In this document: positions 38,770-47,913 of the stretch, piece after piece
Layout: each line of letters opens with the position of its first letter
How positions within the stretch are numbered: position 1 is the stretch's first letter
Source: a virus
Lineage: Duplodnaviria > Caudoviricetes
IMG/VR virus record: IMGVR_UViG_3300014590_000001
Location: 128,001 to 192,000 of that record
Direction: 5' to 3' (one strand)
Length of the DNA: 64,000 nt
Notes under the pieces: model-generated
Database searches by the model: none
The model's input: the letters and a program-made list of their open reading frames with translations, nothing else
Told to the model about the DNA's origin: nothing
Translations under genes and position numbers: made by a program

Positions 38770-39027
38770 TTACCTCAGTTGAGAGTCTTTACTGCCCCGA
38801 CGATTATAGTAACTGACTTGAGTTCCATCGTGTTCGGCTTGATGTTTAATGCAATACTTCGCGTTAGGCATAGCTTTCAAACGCGCAGCAGGAATTTCGT
38901 TACCGCATTCTAAACAATGCGTAGAACCTTTACCGGAAAGTTGTGACCGCGCAAAATCAATTCCATTGTTTACGTTTGTTTCAATGGTGTCATTCACGCC
39001 GTCATCTTTTACAAAACCAACTGCCAT
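38770..39027 (-). CDS. ybiI: DksA/TraR-family zinc-finger protein (YbiI-like)
   Basis: CLECGNEIPAARLKAMPNAKYCIKH; C-terminus YNRRGSKDSQLR as in enterobacterial YbiI. Confidence 0.9.
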   Translation of the reverse strand: MAVGFVKDDGVNDTIETNVNNGIDFARSQLSGKGSTHCLECGNEIPAARLKAMPNAKYCIKHQAEHDGTQVSYYNRRGSKDSQLR

Positions 39028-39035
39028 TACTTCTC

Positions 39036-39344
39036 CTAATCAGGAATTCGCATCGCGCCCTGTACGTTCAGAATTTGCACGTCAGAGAAATGGAACCACA
39101 CAACAACCGGATATTTTAAATCCTCGCACTGTTCGAGTATTCTTCCTCGAACGAATTGCAGGTTACTGCGGTCATCGTTATTGGACACGAGATATTTATT
39201 TCGTGTGTACTGTTCAATCGCATCAGCAAGACCGATTGAGTTTTTAAGCAAGAACGCATCTTCGCCTAAACGAACACTGGCTTTATTCTTGCCCATCGCC
39301 TGAACAACAGTCGGATACGAACGCACAAATAATCTTTCAAACAT
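39036..39344 (-). CDS. hypothetical protein
   Basis: 102 aa. Confidence 0.7.
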   Translation of the reverse strand: MFERLFVRSYPTVVQAMGKNKASVRLGEDAFLLKNSIGLADAIEQYTRNKYLVSNNDDRSNLQFVRGRILEQCEDLKYPVVVWFHFSDVQILNVQGAMRIPD

Positions 39345-39354
39345 TTTCTATTCC

Positions 39355-40515
39355 TTAGAAGCGACAAGAGGAACCGGAGAAGTGGAAGCGGCAACTTTCG
39401 TCTTCGTCACTCTCCCTTACAACTCGCGCACGTTTTTCGCGTACTGGCTTTTCAGGTTTCTCTGCCGGAGCGTCAACGATATCGAAATCAAACTTTTTCA
39501 GTTTTGGTTTCTTCGCTGCTTTTGCTTTCGCAGGTTTCTCACGTTGAACATTCTTAACGCTAGTAACCGGATCGTTACGTGACCAATCGTAATAAAGTTT
39601 GCCGTCCATATGGAAAACGTATTCGGTGTATTCACCTTCGTCTTCGTTCGGCTCGTAGGAACTTGCTTTCAACCATGCGCGGTTATGATTGATCCAGTTG
39701 CTAGGCAACGAGAAGCAAGACGCACACATATCAGGTTGTGGATCTGCGTCGTCATCTTCTTCAGGACGGTCAACATAGAAATGCGCAAGGAAAAGACTCA
39801 GAAGATTATCTCCATCAGACATAACATCATCTTCTGAACCCAAATCTTCTTCTTCGTACTCTTCGCGAATTTGTTTCGCGATGTGAGGCAGGTTGTAGTC
39901 AACACGAAACACAACGTCGATGTATGGATTCGCTTCCATGAACAAACGCGCTTGCTGCATTTCCCATTCGATGTTGTCAATGTTTTGAGGATTGATAACA
40001 AAGTTGATATGGAAACTTACTTGCTTACCAATCAGGCGACGGAAGCGAACCAGATCGGCGTGAGTGTAAGTGTATTCAGTTCCCATGATATCGTTGTTCA
40101 GATCCGGATCGAACGAGTGCATACTGATATTCAAGTGATGCAACTTGCTTTGCAGATCTTCGGTTGTGTTGCCGTTCAGGAAGCGCAAAATATCTTCCTG
40201 CTTATTCAGGAATCGACCGTTAGAAGTCAGGCCGATGTTTTTGATGTTTGTTGCTTCGCGAATTTCGTCCATTACTTCGAACAGATAATTCATGCGCAGC
40301 GTTGCTTCACCGCCGGATAAAGAAACGTGGTCAAACGTTCCTTCATGTTTGTTGATTTGCTCGATCAGGTTGTTCAGCCATTCACGTTGCCCTGCTTTCT
40401 TTTCCATTTCCTTTTCAGGACAGAACGAGCAGGACGCGTTGCAGGTTACAGGCAGAATCGCGGTGAAGTTGCGCATCATTTTGTTTTTCTTTTTACGGAT
40501 GTTTTTAGTTGTCAT
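39355..40515 (-). CDS. radical SAM protein
   Basis: CNASCSFC (CxxxCxxC), SGGE, TSNG, NISMH. Confidence 0.9.
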   Translation of the reverse strand: MTTKNIRKKKNKMMRNFTAILPVTCNASCSFCPEKEMEKKAGQREWLNNLIEQINKHEGTFDHVSLSGGEATLRMNYLFEVMDEIREATNIKNIGLTSNGRFLNKQEDILRFLNGNTTEDLQSKLHHLNISMHSFDPDLNNDIMGTEYTYTHADLVRFRRLIGKQVSFHINFVINPQNIDNIEWEMQQARLFMEANPYIDVVFRVDYNLPHIAKQIREEYEEEDLGSEDDVMSDGDNLLSLFLAHFYVDRPEEDDDADPQPDMCASCFSLPSNWINHNRAWLKASSYEPNEDEGEYTEYVFHMDGKLYYDWSRNDPVTSVKNVQREKPAKAKAAKKPKLKKFDFDIVDAPAEKPEKPVREKRARVVRESDEDESCRFHFSGSSCRF

Positions 40516-40517
40516 GA

Positions 40518-41345
40518 TTATGCCTCGTTGCGATTCTGGATAGTGATATTACGGATAAGACGTTTTAACTGTTCTTCGCTCAGGTGCGTAAGTTGCACGT
40601 CACGGAAAGGAAGAAGTTTCGACAGCACATAAACCATTTCGGCTTTAGGAATCGAATCAAGTTCCACGTCGCGACCACATGCGATAGAAACGTTCAGAGA
40701 AGAAACGACAGTGCGATCAATGAATGTGAAATTCAGAGGTTCGCACAGCGGCTGTCTAACTGAATCGAGATACTCAACAAGTTCTTCAGTAAGCATCATA
40801 CGATTCATGCGCGGAAATTCTTCTTTGCGATCCGGAATAACATCAATCAGCAAATCGCGCATAACGCCAACATCAACCATTTCAATATCAATCGCGTCAA
40901 CAGAAATCAAACGCACGATAACATCAGTCGGAAGAGAAATAGTTTTCTTCGGTTGCTTCGGCATATCATCTTTATTTGTGCAAAGATAAAACTTCAACCA
41001 GTTACGCGCATGTTGAACGCCGGAGAAAACTTGTGCTGTAAGTTTGTTGGTTGCGCGTAAAACAGTTTCATCGTCAACACGATCAACCATATCCATTCTT
41101 TCAATGGAATTTTCGTGTGCATCTAAAAGACCAACACGAACAGGTAAAGTTGTGTTCATGATAACGGTGTGTTCAGTTTGTCCGTTATCTGCAATCAGGC
41201 GAGCAAAACCAGTTCCGAAATAAATGATCAGTTCGTCATTGGTCAGGCCGTGTTTTTCGGCTACGGTTCCGACTGCATCCGTCAACTCGTCGAACGCTTC
41301 TTTGAGGAAAGGAGGCAGTTCAGCAGGGATATCTAGCGGTTTCAT
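40518..41345 (-). CDS. hypothetical protein with HeH-like repeats
   Basis: 275 aa, first gene after P9. Confidence 0.75.
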   Translation of the reverse strand: MKPLDIPAELPPFLKEAFDELTDAVGTVAEKHGLTNDELIIYFGTGFARLIADNGQTEHTVIMNTTLPVRVGLLDAHENSIERMDMVDRVDDETVLRATNKLTAQVFSGVQHARNWLKFYLCTNKDDMPKQPKKTISLPTDVIVRLISVDAIDIEMVDVGVMRDLLIDVIPDRKEEFPRMNRMMLTEELVEYLDSVRQPLCEPLNFTFIDRTVVSSLNVSIACGRDVELDSIPKAEMVYVLSKLLPFRDVQLTHLSEEQLKRLIRNITIQNRNEA

Positions 41346-41389
41346 ATGGTGGTTTCCTATGGGTTAAAATGACAAAAGGCTTCCCCTAT

Positions 41390-41448
41390 AGAATACAGGA
41401 AAGCCTTTTGGATAGACAGCGGTATTTTGGACACTTATTTGCAGAGTT
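41390..41448 (-). promoter_or_regulatory. phage promoter P9 (TGTCTA-17-TATTCT)
   Basis: AACTCTGCAAATAAGTGTCCAAAAT overlapping kptA stop, 28 nt, TATTCT. Confidence 0.8.
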
Positions 41449-41989
41449 CTACCGGATTCTCCGTGTGAATAAATTCAGGCGGCACTTCCTTAGTCAGCCA
41501 AACGCCGTTAGTGGAGCGGTAAACTTGATGCCCTGCTTCATGCAACGCTTTGGCGCGAATATACAACACACGGCAAAGAGCTTTGCGGCGCGAACCTACG
41601 TTTTCAGCAGTGACCCAATCTTGCGAAAGGTGAACGTGGTTTCGAGTTTGGCCTTTGAGTCCATAAACCAAAATCGAATTGAGATTGTTTACCGATGTTC
41701 CGTGATAAAGAATTTCTGGCGGCACCAAACTTTCCATATCAATTTTCACAAAGTCGAGCGAGTGACCTTGAGCGCAACGAATCTTTTTCAGATCCGGCGT
41801 GAATTCGAATCGACCTTTTTCGTCGTTCTTCACAATCGACAACAAATGATCCATGTCGATTACTTTGTTGCACTTGTTCACCAGATCTTTTGCATCGACC
41901 CAACCTTGCGAATCCATTTCCAAACCAATCTGACTTGGATTGTGTCGCAGGAAATAAGTTAGAGTAACGCCCGGACTTCTGCCTTTCAT
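41435..41989 (-). CDS. kptA: RNA 2'-phosphotransferase (Tpt1/KptA)
   Basis: LRH, KGRF, RCAQGHS, LYHGT, RNHVHLS, NGVWLT motifs. Confidence 0.93.
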   Translation of the reverse strand: MKGRSPGVTLTYFLRHNPSQIGLEMDSQGWVDAKDLVNKCNKVIDMDHLLSIVKNDEKGRFEFTPDLKKIRCAQGHSLDFVKIDMESLVPPEILYHGTSVNNLNSILVYGLKGQTRNHVHLSQDWVTAENVGSRRKALCRVLYIRAKALHEAGHQVYRSTNGVWLTKEVPPEFIHTENPVELCK

Positions 41990-42612
41990 TTTTCACCTTC
42001 AGATTTTGTTGCAGTCATTACAAACTTTCCACTAATAGGAGAAGTTTTCTCAACTTCCATATCCAAAACAACTTCGTCAGTGGATTGAATACGCGCCAGC
42101 GTGTTAGCTAAATTCATATTCAACTTCATCCCGCAACGCTGCAATTGTTCCATCGTTTTGACTTTTTCAATTGCAATATGCGCAGCAATCATCGGATCGC
42201 CACAATCAACTTTATTGCGGAAGGAATACCAGCTAATAACATCAGCAATTTGTTTCATGCTGAAGTTACGGCTTACCAGAAACGCTATCTGGTAGTTCAG
42301 TTTCACAATAGACAATTGCTTTGTGACTGTAGCGAGGCGATCACGAATGTACTCAAGCGAACGATCATCGTTGCGAATATCCAGCACTTCTTGCCAGTAC
42401 AGAGTATTGTTCGCATCAACACGACTTGCATTCTTGCGCAGCGTGGCAATCGAGTTTCGTTTGCAGTGAATCGCTTTCACCAGATCTTTAAGTTCGGCTG
42501 AGAGTTCCATGCCGAGCAGATACATCTTTTCGCAGTAGTGACCGTGAAACAATTCGTGGTCTGCCGGACGTGCTTGTTTTTCACGGTGACGCGGAGTAAA
42601 TAAATGTGGCAT
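41986..42612 (-). CDS. hypothetical protein
   Basis: 208 aa. Confidence 0.7.
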   Translation of the reverse strand: MPHLFTPRHREKQARPADHELFHGHYCEKMYLLGMELSAELKDLVKAIHCKRNSIATLRKNASRVDANNTLYWQEVLDIRNDDRSLEYIRDRLATVTKQLSIVKLNYQIAFLVSRNFSMKQIADVISWYSFRNKVDCGDPMIAAHIAIEKVKTMEQLQRCGMKLNMNLANTLARIQSTDEVVLDMEVEKTSPISGKFVMTATKSEGEK

Positions 42613-42620
42613 ACATTACC

Positions 42621-42848
42621 TTAAAAGTTTTCGTGTTTCTCTGACTTCTCACTTTGTGCATCTTTACGGGAGTAATAACGAGCGCGGGAAGAAGTCATCC
42701 ACAGCAGAGCAATGAAACCGATCCAAATCGCAACGTAGCGAAAAGTTTTTACTGGTTCCGTATTATAAATCCAATACATGAACCAGACGCCGACGATGAA
42801 GAATGCAAGTATCCAGAGAAGCATGAGAAGAAGTTCTTTGTGTTTCAT
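42621..42848 (-). CDS. small two-TM membrane protein
   Basis: GGAG RBS before ATG 42848; two hydrophobic helices. Confidence 0.7.
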   Translation of the reverse strand: MKHKELLLMLLWILAFFIVGVWFMYWIYNTEPVKTFRYVAIWIGFIALLWMTSSRARYYSRKDAQSEKSEKHENF

Positions 42849-42850
42849 AT

Positions 42851-43084
42851 TTATCTCCGTTTCGATTTTCTCGAACGACGAGGCAGCACTAAAGTTTTGT
42901 ACTGCCGTCGAGTCATCGAATGTGGCGCAGGTTTTTGAGAGCCAGAATAACACGCCGCCGAAAACTGATCGTCGTCTTGCGGATCGTTAAGCGTCTTTAT
43001 TTCTACAAATTTACCAGACTGACTTTCGGCATAACGACGATCAATGGCTGCGAAAAGTACAGCAAGGAGTGTTATTCGTGACAT
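42851..43084 (-). CDS. hypothetical protein
   Basis: 77 aa. Confidence 0.6.
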   Translation of the reverse strand: MSRITLLAVLFAAIDRRYAESQSGKFVEIKTLNDPQDDDQFSAACYSGSQKPAPHSMTRRQYKTLVLPRRSRKSKRR

Positions 43085-43170
43085 TGTATTTCCCTATCTA
43101 AATTTTTAATAGATTGCCATACAGCTTCCGCATGTTTTGGAAAGATCCAGAATAGGAAGAGAAGCGCGAT

Positions 43171-43305
43171 TCACTCGTCCTCCTCTTCTTGTTCGCCACG
43201 TTCCAGATCACAGGATTGGCACAGGTCATCCCACTCACCATACACCTCACCCTCATTCAGATCTTCGCCGCAATCAGTGCAACGGGAATACGCTTCTTTT
43301 GTCAT
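43171..43305 (-). CDS. small acidic zinc-ribbon-like protein (44 aa)
   Basis: CTDCG...LCQSC; ATGA overlap with upstream stop. Confidence 0.6.
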   Translation of the reverse strand: MTKEAYSRCTDCGEDLNEGEVYGEWDDLCQSCDLERGEQEEEDE

Positions 43306-43976
43306 AAGGATTTTCTCTCATTAATCAAATCAACAACTTCTTGAGGAATGGATTCGATATCCTGATCGATATACACAGGATTGATTTTGATCGGGAAAGA
43401 AAGTCTTCCTTCCGCAACTCGTTTGCAAATTTCGCCCCAACGCATTCCGGCAGGAACATCCAGCGCGTGATCCCAAAAATCTTTTTGAAGCGCATCAATG
43501 TAGGACGACGCAAGTTTCACAAACGGTTTTATATGCAGAACGTAAATCGGAACCATACGTGAAAGTGTCGCACTTAGATTAAACTTTCGTTCCTGAACAT
43601 CAATAGCGATTGGGACAAGAAAACGCTCACCCTCTTTTGCTTGCCGCACGTTTGGAATAGTTCCCGCGAAAGCCATCGGAGTTTCATCAGTAACGACGCG
43701 AAGAATGTCCGTTGTGAAAACGGAAAGAATTCCGATAGAACGATTCACGATATCTTCCGATACATGCTGAACACGCAGCACAGGAATTTTCGTATAGTTC
43801 TTAACGTGTCTGCCTGAAACTTTTTGATCGGCAATCACAGGCAATTTAATTTCGCGCCCTTCTTTGGTAAGCATTGGCATCCAGAACAAACGCACACCAA
43901 TATAGTGACCGTTCAGCGCGAAGTATGAAGTTGTATTTAGATTTTCAGACACACGGAAATGTTCAAGAGGTTCCAT
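43302..43976 (-). CDS. hypothetical protein
   Basis: 224 aa. Confidence 0.7.
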   Translation of the reverse strand: MEPLEHFRVSENLNTTSYFALNGHYIGVRLFWMPMLTKEGREIKLPVIADQKVSGRHVKNYTKIPVLRVQHVSEDIVNRSIGILSVFTTDILRVVTDETPMAFAGTIPNVRQAKEGERFLVPIAIDVQERKFNLSATLSRMVPIYVLHIKPFVKLASSYIDALQKDFWDHALDVPAGMRWGEICKRVAEGRLSFPIKINPVYIDQDIESIPQEVVDLINERKSL

Positions 43977-44713
43977 TAGCGTTCCACCTTTACCTGTTCC
44001 GGATCTTCTTGCCCGTCAAAATCAGGCAGACACTGACACGATGCTGAATGGCATTTGTTGCACACCGATTCTTCATCAATATCGCAATCGCAATTACGGC
44101 AGCCGCAATGTTCGCAATCTGCATCCGCCCACTCTTCGTCTTCGTCTTCGTCTTCCTCGTCGTACTCTTCTTCGTTGCAGGAACAGTCATCGCCAATCTG
44201 ACCGCCACAAGTTTCACACCATTCAACGGCATGTTCCTGATACATGTCTTCGTAAGCATACGGCGTAGGTTCGATTTCAACCGGAACAAAACCAGTGAAG
44301 CGCACAACAGAGTCACGCGCATATTCCAGCATTTGCTCTTTGGTGTACGCCGGATAAGAATGATCCGCAAAGGTAGCCGCAGGTTTCGGCAGCACCGGAT
44401 AGCCAGTAGGCAAAGTTTCAACTTGCTGTTCATCTTCCGGATCAAGATGAATGCCTAAGCGATACATCGCGAAACAAAGTGCGCTCACTTCATCACTGAA
44501 AAGAATTTCCGCATCGTTCAGGTTCGACGCGACAATCATGATCTTTTCTTCGGCAGGAGTGAGAATCACGTTGCATTCGCCCATAATCGCAATGTTGTCT
44601 TCGTTCACACGAACTTCCAGATCGTTTGCGGGATCTTGCAGCACTGGTAGGAAAACGCCAGATTGTTCGTGAGTACCGATCATGATAGAAAGGAGTGCAG
44701 TGAATTTTCTCAT
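43976..44713 (-). CDS. hypothetical protein with Cys-rich acidic C-terminus
   Basis: CETCGGQIGDDCSC, CEHCGCRNCDC, CNKCHSASCQC. Confidence 0.75.
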   Translation of the reverse strand: MRKFTALLSIMIGTHEQSGVFLPVLQDPANDLEVRVNEDNIAIMGECNVILTPAEEKIMIVASNLNDAEILFSDEVSALCFAMYRLGIHLDPEDEQQVETLPTGYPVLPKPAATFADHSYPAYTKEQMLEYARDSVVRFTGFVPVEIEPTPYAYEDMYQEHAVEWCETCGGQIGDDCSCNEEEYDEEDEDEDEEWADADCEHCGCRNCDCDIDEESVCNKCHSASCQCLPDFDGQEDPEQVKVER

Positions 44714-45306
44714 TTTGAGCCTCGAATAAAGAAGTGGAGTGAAGAAATAATTAAACCGATTGTTGCCGAATAGATAGCAGGAACAACCATTGTCGGATCA
44801 TTGAAACGATAGGCACCGTGAATCAGAAAAGCGAGTACCGCAGCCCCAACGACGGCCTGAGTAGTAGCAACAATCTTGAAAGTTTTGCTCATACGTTCCG
44901 GACGCGCTACAAACATTTTCAATTTGTTTTGATCGCGCACTACAGTGAGTACGCGATAAAAGTTTTTGTCCAGACGAATACGGCGAGAGCCAAACCAGAA
45001 TGGATATGAAAAGATTCCACCAATCCAATCTGCGATCTGTTCATCAGTAAATTCCACGACAACAGTTTTGCGATCATGCTCGTAGATTTTACCTCCCAAC
45101 ACAGGAGCTATATAAACGCCGTGAAGCAAAACAGTTTTATATTGCATTTCATGCGGAAACTTACCCGTAGCCAGAGCGCGATCAATCGCATCAGTTTTGT
45201 CGCGAGCAAACAAACGATAAAACCAGAAACGCACTTCTGGATTCAAGATGTTTACGATCAAAATAGCAGCAAGCAAAACAATCAGAGCAGTGATCATATC
45301 GTTCAT
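44710..45306 (-). CDS. membrane protein
   Basis: N-terminal and two C-terminal hydrophobic helices. Confidence 0.7.
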   Translation of the reverse strand: MNDMITALIVLLAAILIVNILNPEVRFWFYRLFARDKTDAIDRALATGKFPHEMQYKTVLLHGVYIAPVLGGKIYEHDRKTVVVEFTDEQIADWIGGIFSYPFWFGSRRIRLDKNFYRVLTVVRDQNKLKMFVARPERMSKTFKIVATTQAVVGAAVLAFLIHGAYRFNDPTMVVPAIYSATIGLIISSLHFFIRGSK

Positions 45307-46163
45307 AGTTTCGCCCACTTTTTTAAACGGTCAATAACTTTGGTGCGTTTGTCTACGCGAGTAAATCGAGGCTCATTCAGAACGCATTCGATGATATCGA
45401 AACCGTCATCCCAATCCAATTGATCTACATCCGTATCGACTACGTACTTGTCGAAGAAATCAATCAGACAATCCATTTCAATCGACGCAATGGCGGCAAT
45501 GGTAGATTCTTTATCCATGCCTAACGTGATTCCAAAATCTTTCAACATGCGATTGAATGCGGGACGCTGGCTGTATTTATCGTACCAGTCGGAGCGTTTA
45601 CGCTGCGTCGATTCTCGATCCAACCGTTCCCAATTTTCACGATTTTCATCTTTGCGATCCTGTTCCGCAAAGAGAGCTTCAAGTTTATCGTGCTCGTCGT
45701 CGAAATCTTCGTGAAATTCACGTTCACATTCAGATTCGTCTTCATCAAGATCGTCGTCGTAATCGTTGAGATTGTTTTCATCAGAAACAACAGGCGCAGA
45801 GTTCGGACGTAACTCAACAAACAAATTGAATTGACCGATAACGGAAGTTGCGTAATAAAGCGCATCAGTCGAGTTATCGAAAACAATAGTGCGCTCGCGT
45901 GGAAGTTCACATTCATCAAAGAGAACGTCATCGGATTGTTGCGCTTTGACGCACACGTTGCCGTTTGCAGCACCGGAAAACTCAATGAAATAATTCACAT
46001 CATCTTCAGGATCGTTCGCGCAGATTTCAATTGTGTGGGGAGTGATTTTGATTTCACACATTTGAATCAATGCGCGAAGAGTTTGGACTTCGATGCTGTC
46101 AGTTTTATCTTCAGAAAATGCAGCAACGAAAAGAGAGGCGATTAGAGTAAGTTTGCTGTTCAT
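45303..46163 (-). CDS. acidic hypothetical protein
   Basis: 286 aa, AAGGA RBS. Confidence 0.75.
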   Translation of the reverse strand: MNSKLTLIASLFVAAFSEDKTDSIEVQTLRALIQMCEIKITPHTIEICANDPEDDVNYFIEFSGAANGNVCVKAQQSDDVLFDECELPRERTIVFDNSTDALYYATSVIGQFNLFVELRPNSAPVVSDENNLNDYDDDLDEDESECEREFHEDFDDEHDKLEALFAEQDRKDENRENWERLDRESTQRKRSDWYDKYSQRPAFNRMLKDFGITLGMDKESTIAAIASIEMDCLIDFFDKYVVDTDVDQLDWDDGFDIIECVLNEPRFTRVDKRTKVIDRLKKWAKL

Positions 46164-46186
46164 AGCAATTCCTTATTAAGAAGTGA

Positions 46187-46480
46187 TTAGCAGTGATTGT
46201 TTTGGGTAAAGATGCCGTGCTCGTCGTACTTAGCCAGAGAGAAGTGATCGTTCCAGACTTTTTCAGTCAACGAATACAGGTCACTCATTTCCGGAGGCAT
46301 GTTAAAATACTTGTTAAAATTCGTAGCGTCTTCCACACGATCAAAAAACACAACAACGGAACGAGCCAGATGGTATTCAATACCGCCTGGGATATACCAA
46401 ACTGAGCAAGCAGCAACACTTGTTTCAGTGCGAACAAAAGAACCATTATTTTCTTTAGCCTTGTCAGAAATTTCAGACAT
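46187..46480 (-). CDS. hypothetical protein
   Basis: 97 aa. Confidence 0.65.
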   Translation of the reverse strand: MSEISDKAKENNGSFVRTETSVAACSVWYIPGGIEYHLARSVVVFFDRVEDATNFNKYFNMPPEMSDLYSLTEKVWNDHFSLAKYDEHGIFTQNNHC

Positions 46481-46481
46481 T

Positions 46482-46925
46482 TTAGTTTGTACCTTTCAAA
46501 ATACGGAATTTTTTAGGTACAGGACTTTTAAGAATCTCCATACGCGGAAGTTTAAGTTCTTCGGCATTTTGCTTTTTGATAGCAGTTGCGAAACTTCTTG
46601 CTATCCTCTGCTTGTCGCCCATAGACAAGGCAGAGTAGGCAGGTGCTGAAGGAATGAGATAATAAAAATCTGACACAGCGTAATTCACGCCCTCGTCAAA
46701 ATCTTCAGAGGAAAGAACAAGCGCCAGAAGATCCTCTGCGTAGATATCGGCTACGTCTTTAGGCAAAATATCAGCAGTAGCGATGCCGCCGGATTCTTTG
46801 GCTTCCGCTGCCTTAGAAATAGCATAGGCCAAAAGATCGTTAACTGCCGTATTGAACGATTTGGTTTTGTCCATATTGAGAATATCTTTAACCAAACTGT
46901 CCGAAAGTTTCAAAGTAATCTGCAT
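46482..46925 (-). CDS. putative DNA-binding protein (N-terminal RHH-like)
   Basis: MQITLKLSDSLVKDIL...SFNTAVNDLLAYAI strand-helix-helix pattern. Confidence 0.6.
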   Translation of the reverse strand: MQITLKLSDSLVKDILNMDKTKSFNTAVNDLLAYAISKAAEAKESGGIATADILPKDVADIYAEDLLALVLSSEDFDEGVNYAVSDFYYLIPSAPAYSALSMGDKQRIARSFATAIKKQNAEELKLPRMEILKSPVPKKFRILKGTN

Positions 46926-46973
46926 TTTTATTTCCTTTAAGGTAGAAAGCCGCCCGTTAAGGCGGCGAGAAGA

Positions 46974-47399
46974 TTAATATTCGTTGTGGCGTTTGCCATC
47001 GTGACGGCGACGAATTGCACCGTGTTCATCGCGAAAGTAATATTGTTCGCGTGGAAAACCTTTCGGCGTACACCACAGATCTGGTTCGTCGCGATACGGA
47101 TCGATGTGTTCTTCGAAGTCGATGAAATCCGTAATCGGCTTTTCGTTTTCATCAGAGTAATAGAACACCGGAATCCATTCGCTAGTTTCGTAACGGTAAC
47201 GCCATTTCGAATCTGCGAACCCAGGAACAGTTAAAAGCTGTTCAGCGGTTACATGCGATGTTTGCAGACAGGCTTCAATTTTAGAAGCGTCTTTCGCGCG
47301 AACAACAAAGTTCAGCGAAGGGATATCGCGTAACTTCAGATCGTTTTCAATCTGAGCCAGAGTATAAACTTCGTTGCGCAGTGGATACATTTTTCTCAT
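46974..47399 (-). CDS. hypothetical protein
   Basis: 141 aa, AAGGAG RBS. Confidence 0.7.
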   Translation of the reverse strand: MRKMYPLRNEVYTLAQIENDLKLRDIPSLNFVVRAKDASKIEACLQTSHVTAEQLLTVPGFADSKWRYRYETSEWIPVFYYSDENEKPITDFIDFEEHIDPYRDEPDLWCTPKGFPREQYYFRDEHGAIRRRHDGKRHNEY

Positions 47400-47458
47400 T
47401 TCGATTCTCCTTTGACCGGACTTATCCGCGTCGTAGTTAGAGTTAGTTTACACATTTC

Positions 47459-47483
47459 AAAAGGCACTCGTTAGAATGCCTTT
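47459..47483 (-). terminator. intrinsic terminator
   Basis: AAAGGCATTC...GAGTGCCTTTT. Confidence 0.6.
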
Positions 47484-47491
47484 CACAATGT

Positions 47492-47800
47492 TTATCGAAT
47501 GTGACGAAAGATTAACATCACGCCAGCGTAAACTTCTTCAGGCGCAGGATTATATTCGTTGCGATCCTCTTGCGCTCGAATCTCTTCCATCAACATTAAG
47601 TTGACTAAGTTTCGATGCCAGAGAGGAAGTGCATTCTGGAATTTAATTCCGTACATGCAATCCATCGCTTTCTGACGTTCCCAAATTTCTTCTCTGTTCT
47701 CTTCGACGTAGAAACGATCAGCTACATCGCGAGATCCCAACGTAACGGTGAACGTTGTGTTGTTGGAGAAGTTCATGGTGATTTCAGTAGTTGAGGACAT
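47492..47800 (-). CDS. hypothetical protein
   Basis: 102 aa, AAGGAG RBS, first gene after P10. Confidence 0.75.
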   Translation of the reverse strand: MSSTTEITMNFSNNTTFTVTLGSRDVADRFYVEENREEIWERQKAMDCMYGIKFQNALPLWHRNLVNLMLMEEIRAQEDRNEYNPAPEEVYAGVMLIFRHIR

Positions 47801-47851
47801 AAAGGACTCCTTGATAAATGGGTTGTTTTTTGGTGTGCAGCCTTCCCCTCT

Positions 47852-47910
47852 ATTTTGCCTAAAAAGCCTGAGACTTTCTACCGGTATTTTGGACAGCTAT
47901 TTGCAGACTT
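47852..47910 (-). promoter_or_regulatory. phage promoter P10 (TAGAAA-17-CAAAAT)
   Basis: AAGTCTGCAAATAGCTGTCCAAAAT, 28 nt, CAAAAT. Confidence 0.8.
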
Positions 47911-47913
47911 GTC

